A DNA stretch of 64,000 nt from Promethearchaeota archaeon (GTDB lineage: Archaea > Asgardarchaeota > Lokiarchaeia > Sigyniarchaeales > SOKP01): the NCBI GenBank assembly GCA_048938855.1, contig JBHLLT010000015.1, forward strand, positions 10,833 through 74,832, given 5' to 3'. Position 1 is the stretch's first letter; each line of letters starts with the position of its first letter. The notes beneath the pieces were generated by a model. The model made no database searches. It had not been told where the DNA came from and saw only the letters and a program-made list of their open reading frames with translations. This document shows, one piece after another, positions 59,847-64,000 of this stretch. Both the position numbers and the translations under genes were made by a program.

Positions 59847-62800
59847 TTATTTGTCTGAAAGTCCTCTTTCTTCAAGAAGAGAATCTAAATCTGTCTTTTC
59901 TTCCTTTTTAGGTTCTTCTTTCTTTTTTGCAGCTTTTTTAACAGGTGTAGGTTTTTTTAATTCAGCTACAGGAACATAACCTCTTCGTGGTTTTTTTGCA
60001 GGTGGTGCTTCTATAGGCTTTTCTAATTCTTTTTTAATATGTCTAGCATAAAAAAAGGTGATACACCAGACTAATGCAATAAAAGCTATCATAATACCAA
60101 GGAAATATTGAATAAAGTAGTCAAGTACAGATACTTGAAAAGTTGGATATGTATTTTCTAAAGTTACAAATATACTTTCATTTGTAAAAATATTTTGAGC
60201 CACTATTGACACTGATAGTCTAAGATTCAAAACATTTTTAACCGAAACTTCAATAATCATAAGAGAACTTTCTCCTACTGAAAGCCAGCTTAACTCAATG
60301 AGGTTTATTTCCACAATAGAATAGACTTGATTATTATTTAGCCCAATTGTTATGTTTGTGACCTTTAGATTTGAATTTCCAATGTTTTTAAGTAAAATAT
60401 TAAACGTTGTAGTTCTTTCTCTATAAATTAATACATTATTCTGCATAATTGTTATAGAGAGATTATTTCGTTCAGGGATAATACTCACAGTTATATTTTT
60501 TGAAACTCCATTTACACTATCACCGTCCCAATATAGTCTTAGTAATAATTCTTCTTCAATAGGGATAGTCTGAGTATTAATAAGAAATGATGTACTCCCA
60601 TTTGAATCTGTAATATCAGAACCTATATTATTCCACATATCGTCAGCAAAATACTGACAAGATACATTTTTTCCAGGTAAGATTTTGCCAAATTCTGTTG
60701 CTAAAGTAGAAGTTATATTGAATGATTCCCCCTTAATAGGGTGGGTAGGATCAATTACAATATTCGTAAATTTACTATTAAGATTCAGAGAAAATTCATT
60801 TGTAAACTGTTTATAACTACTTACATAATTCTGATCGATGATATTAACAAGAAATTTCGATGAATTTGGGAAATAAATACATTCATCCCTCTCGAAGTTA
60901 TATAAGATAGATCTACTTGTTGCTCCCTCGGCTACTCTCATTCCAAGAATATACCCATCAAAATTATTAGAAGTTTTATTACTCATCAATGAATAATCCG
61001 AACTTTCAAAAGTCCCAATAAGGACATCATCTATATATATATCAACTAATGTTTTCGCACCACCTAATCTGATTGGGGCATTTACACCTTCCCATACATT
61101 AGTTGCTACATCTAAATCTGGGATAGTCAAATTCATACTAAATTCTTCTGTATCATCGGGATGTCCTGAATATCGTAATAAAATGGGATTAGATGTTTCT
61201 TCTGCTATAATCCACTCCTCATTTATAAATGAGACTAATTTAACATCAACCTTCACATTTAATGATATAAACTCATGGAGATTCTGAATTGTTAAATTTA
61301 TTTTAACTGTTTCACCTGGATTTATAATATTTTCACTCTGGAGAAAAGAAGTCATCATAAGTTGTAAGTCTTGTCCTCCAATTTCATAAGAATACAATTG
61401 GTCTAAATTAGAATCATTAATTGGAAAGAAGTTAGGCCTCGAAATTCCTGTAGTTTCGTTGATGGAGGCGACTAACATCGTGTAATTTTGAAAAACTTTA
61501 TTTTTTATTTCTCCATCAAGGATATTAGCGTCTAAGAAAGGGTAATATTCAAGATTATACAATTCTACATCATATAAATCAATGTAAAGTGTTAATTTTT
61601 TACACCCAATAGCAGAACCATTACTCCAGAAAAATCCTAAATAATATTCTCCAGATGTAGTGAGATCTTTTGTAACATCAAGAATCGTTTGGTTATTAAA
61701 ATCATAATATAATATAGAGTCGTCAATAATACCACTTGAAGAATTCCATTCAATAAATTGCGTACCATTTGGATAATATAGAATTACATTTAAATCAGCA
61801 GATTTAGGTGCATTATTTCTATGATCTTGTATATCTGCACGAAGAGAGATGTTATCACCATTCATAAAACCATTTGATTCCCATAATTTTCCATGGTAGT
61901 TAATATAACTGTGCATATCATAGAGAAAATTATATGAAGTTAAATTAAGTGTATATAATCCACTTTGAGTGATAATATCATTTTGAACAATAATTTTATA
62001 TTTACTTGGATCTTCATCTAGGGCACTTTGTATTGTGTCATGAGCTAGAATCGGATTGTTATTTGGATCTGTTACATTATATGCGGTGAAATAATCATAA
62101 AAAATATACCAAAATTCAATTAGTTTCCAATACTTGAAATCTGGATCATTTTTATCTAAATAATAAGTAAATAACCATTCAGGATCATTATTATACAATG
62201 CGGTATATGCGCTTGAAGCTGTGTCAACCCAATATGCTTCTACTAAGTATGTCACATTAAATTTAAAGCCTTGCGTAATTGATTTATTCCATGTTAGATC
62301 TACTCTGAAATTATTAGAAGGGTCATCCTCAATAGAAGTAGTAAAATTATAGTTCCACTGCCCTAAACCCCATGTTAAATAGGAACTTTCATTATATGGA
62401 AAAGTACTTATTACAATATCCTCAAATGGTAAGTCTTGAATTCTTAAAGTCTGATTATCATTCACAATAAAATCTGAGGGCATGTAACCTCTTGTTACAT
62501 TTATCTTAAAAGAGCTAGCATCTAATTGTCCAGTATTATATGATGTTAAGGTGGTTGGAATTAATTGTTTAGCATTACTCCAGGTACTGCCATTATTAGT
62601 TGTCGTTTTTAATTGATGTTCAACTACTTTATCACCAAAATTAAAAAAAGGTAAAGTTACCAAACTATAAATTTCATTAATATTATCAGATTTGATTACA
62701 ATAAAATAATTAGAAACATTCATATTTCCAGTATTACTGTTGTCAAAACTAAAATATGTTAAGCTATCTCCTGTATACCCCATAATAGTTACAGAATCTA

Positions 62801-63923
62801 TCAATTCATTATAATCTGGATTCATATTAATATTCCTTAAATTTGCAGGAGTTCTTATGACTGTTCTATCAGCGCGATATAGTGTAATATTCAATTCTGT
62901 TGTAGCGGCTGCTACTGGATCAAGAGTTCTTATCCAAGCATAGAATCCATTGACTCTTGAGCTATCTCCTCTCAAGTCAAACTCGAGGGCTACATAATCT
63001 TGATTTGTAATAGGGAGATCAAACGCATAAGTGGATTGCATATCAAATTCATTAATTCTAGCATAGAATTGTGTATGGTCTGATCTTTCAAAAATAAATT
63101 GGATAAAGCAAGTGTCTGTCAGATCAATGAAATTTAAATTTTCATTAATAATGTGCTCTATAATTCTCTGTCTACCAAGAGAGCTGTTAATAGGGAGTGC
63201 TGATACTACATCCAACCAAGTAGATTGTGAATAATCATATATTTTTATGGTCAGATCAGCATCTGAAAGAACTCTAAATACCAATGATGAAATTAAACTC
63301 AAAATTTTCTCTCTATTAAATAAAATTAACCCATTCACAGCTGGTGAACTATATACAGTCCCAGTATACTTAGCTGAAATTGTAAAGTTGAGGAAACCAT
63401 TTGTAGCATTAAAATATATATAAGTTGCGTTATTATTATCTATTATCGAACTCCATCCTCCACTAAGTCGATTGCCCATTCCATATATAATTCCAGAAGA
63501 GCTTGTATGATAATTAAAATCAATATAATCTTCAGTATAAAGCGCACTGTTATCTTCAATTATATAGTCTGTAGTGAAATTATTTTGAAATGTAAAATTT
63601 AAATTTCCATATGAAAGAAACATATTTTGAGAAGCAAGTGAAGGAATTTCAAAAAATTCTTCATTATTTAAATTATTTATGGATGAGTTTTTAGTATAGA
63701 TTCTAACATCTTGATCTACTCCCGAATTTGTAAATGTATCATCAATATTACGGCTTGTACCAAGAAGTTTCTCATCTAGTAGATTGTTATCAGTATTGCT
63801 ATTTGCTTTTTCATCTTGAAATCGGCCTAAATTATTTAAAATCTGCACACTTGACAAACAAATTGTAACAATGAAAAAAGCAGTGAACAATATTCGTGTT
63901 ATTTCTTTTTTTCGTCGAATCAA
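59847..63923 (-). CDS. Large membrane-anchored surface glycoprotein (1358 aa)
   Basis: N-terminal signal/TM, beta-rich Ig-like ectodomain with many N-x-S/T sequons, C-terminal TM and a K/P/E-rich cytoplasmic tail. Confidence 0.75.
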   Translation of the reverse strand: MIRRKKEITRILFTAFFIVTICLSSVQILNNLGRFQDEKANSNTDNNLLDEKLLGTSRNIDDTFTNSGVDQDVRIYTKNSSINNLNNEEFFEIPSLASQNMFLSYGNLNFTFQNNFTTDYIIEDNSALYTEDYIDFNYHTSSSGIIYGMGNRLSGGWSSIIDNNNATYIYFNATNGFLNFTISAKYTGTVYSSPAVNGLILFNREKILSLISSLVFRVLSDADLTIKIYDYSQSTWLDVVSALPINSSLGRQRIIEHIINENLNFIDLTDTCFIQFIFERSDHTQFYARINEFDMQSTYAFDLPITNQDYVALEFDLRGDSSRVNGFYAWIRTLDPVAAATTELNITLYRADRTVIRTPANLRNINMNPDYNELIDSVTIMGYTGDSLTYFSFDNSNTGNMNVSNYFIVIKSDNINEIYSLVTLPFFNFGDKVVEHQLKTTTNNGSTWSNAKQLIPTTLTSYNTGQLDASSFKINVTRGYMPSDFIVNDNQTLRIQDLPFEDIVISTFPYNESSYLTWGLGQWNYNFTTSIEDDPSNNFRVDLTWNKSITQGFKFNVTYLVEAYWVDTASSAYTALYNNDPEWLFTYYLDKNDPDFKYWKLIEFWYIFYDYFTAYNVTDPNNNPILAHDTIQSALDEDPSKYKIIVQNDIITQSGLYTLNLTSYNFLYDMHSYINYHGKLWESNGFMNGDNISLRADIQDHRNNAPKSADLNVILYYPNGTQFIEWNSSSGIIDDSILYYDFNNQTILDVTKDLTTSGEYYLGFFWSNGSAIGCKKLTLYIDLYDVELYNLEYYPFLDANILDGEIKNKVFQNYTMLVASINETTGISRPNFFPINDSNLDQLYSYEIGGQDLQLMMTSFLQSENIINPGETVKINLTIQNLHEFISLNVKVDVKLVSFINEEWIIAEETSNPILLRYSGHPDDTEEFSMNLTIPDLDVATNVWEGVNAPIRLGGAKTLVDIYIDDVLIGTFESSDYSLMSNKTSNNFDGYILGMRVAEGATSRSILYNFERDECIYFPNSSKFLVNIIDQNYVSSYKQFTNEFSLNLNSKFTNIVIDPTHPIKGESFNITSTLATEFGKILPGKNVSCQYFADDMWNNIGSDITDSNGSTSFLINTQTIPIEEELLLRLYWDGDSVNGVSKNITVSIIPERNNLSITIMQNNVLIYRERTTTFNILLKNIGNSNLKVTNITIGLNNNQVYSIVEINLIELSWLSVGESSLMIIEVSVKNVLNLRLSVSIVAQNIFTNESIFVTLENTYPTFQVSVLDYFIQYFLGIMIAFIALVWCITFFYARHIKKELEKPIEAPPAKKPRRGYVPVAELKKPTPVKKAAKKKEEPKKEEKTDLDSLLEERGLSDK

Positions 63924-64000
63924 TAAAATTACCGTAATATCTAATTTTTGTTTATAAAATCATTTAAAAGTATTAAAATTTCCTAATTTTTAATAGTTGT

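Noticed and set aside
1-64000. tRNA/rRNA genes, IS elements, integrases, prophage genes
   Set aside because: No cloverleaf/T-loop consensus, rRNA-like GC-rich tract, transposase/recombinase motif or terminal inverted repeats recognised by eye.

Overview
AT-rich archaeal chromosomal window that looks like Asgard archaea, most likely Lokiarchaeia. Evidence: a Loki-CTERM (IPGY-TM-basic) sorting tail, roadblock/LC7 and longin-like proteins, a ubiquitin-like protein, an OSTC/DC2-like oligosaccharyltransferase subunit, GGTGA-type SD sites and TTTAAATA TATA boxes. Gene content: sugar ABC/GH57 locus, a divergent fwdH-B-D-A cluster with Mrp/NBP35, many MFS/DMT/APC transporters, duplicated M29 aminopeptidase-MFS units, a glycyl-radical enzyme, crotonases and a large surface glycoprotein. 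No tRNA, rRNA, CRISPR or transposase was seen. The main signals missed by the ORF track are: (1) a 70-codon membrane microprotein with an in-frame TGA in a C-G-U-G-G motif, followed immediately by a eukaryote-type SECIS (AUGA_AA_GA), i.e. a candidate new selenoprotein (16843-17125, minus); (2) a ~345-nt multi-helix non-coding RNA with its own TATA box (24283-24627, minus) that matches no family I can recognise; (3) an Fwd paralog set that has lost key catalytic residues; (4) a five-copy TACACACT operator array with a leader peptide ahead of a bactofilin and RHH-PCI gene pair; (5) remnants of a duplicated gene pair bracketing a secreted peptidase. All family assignments come from motif recognition by eye; no database searches were run.
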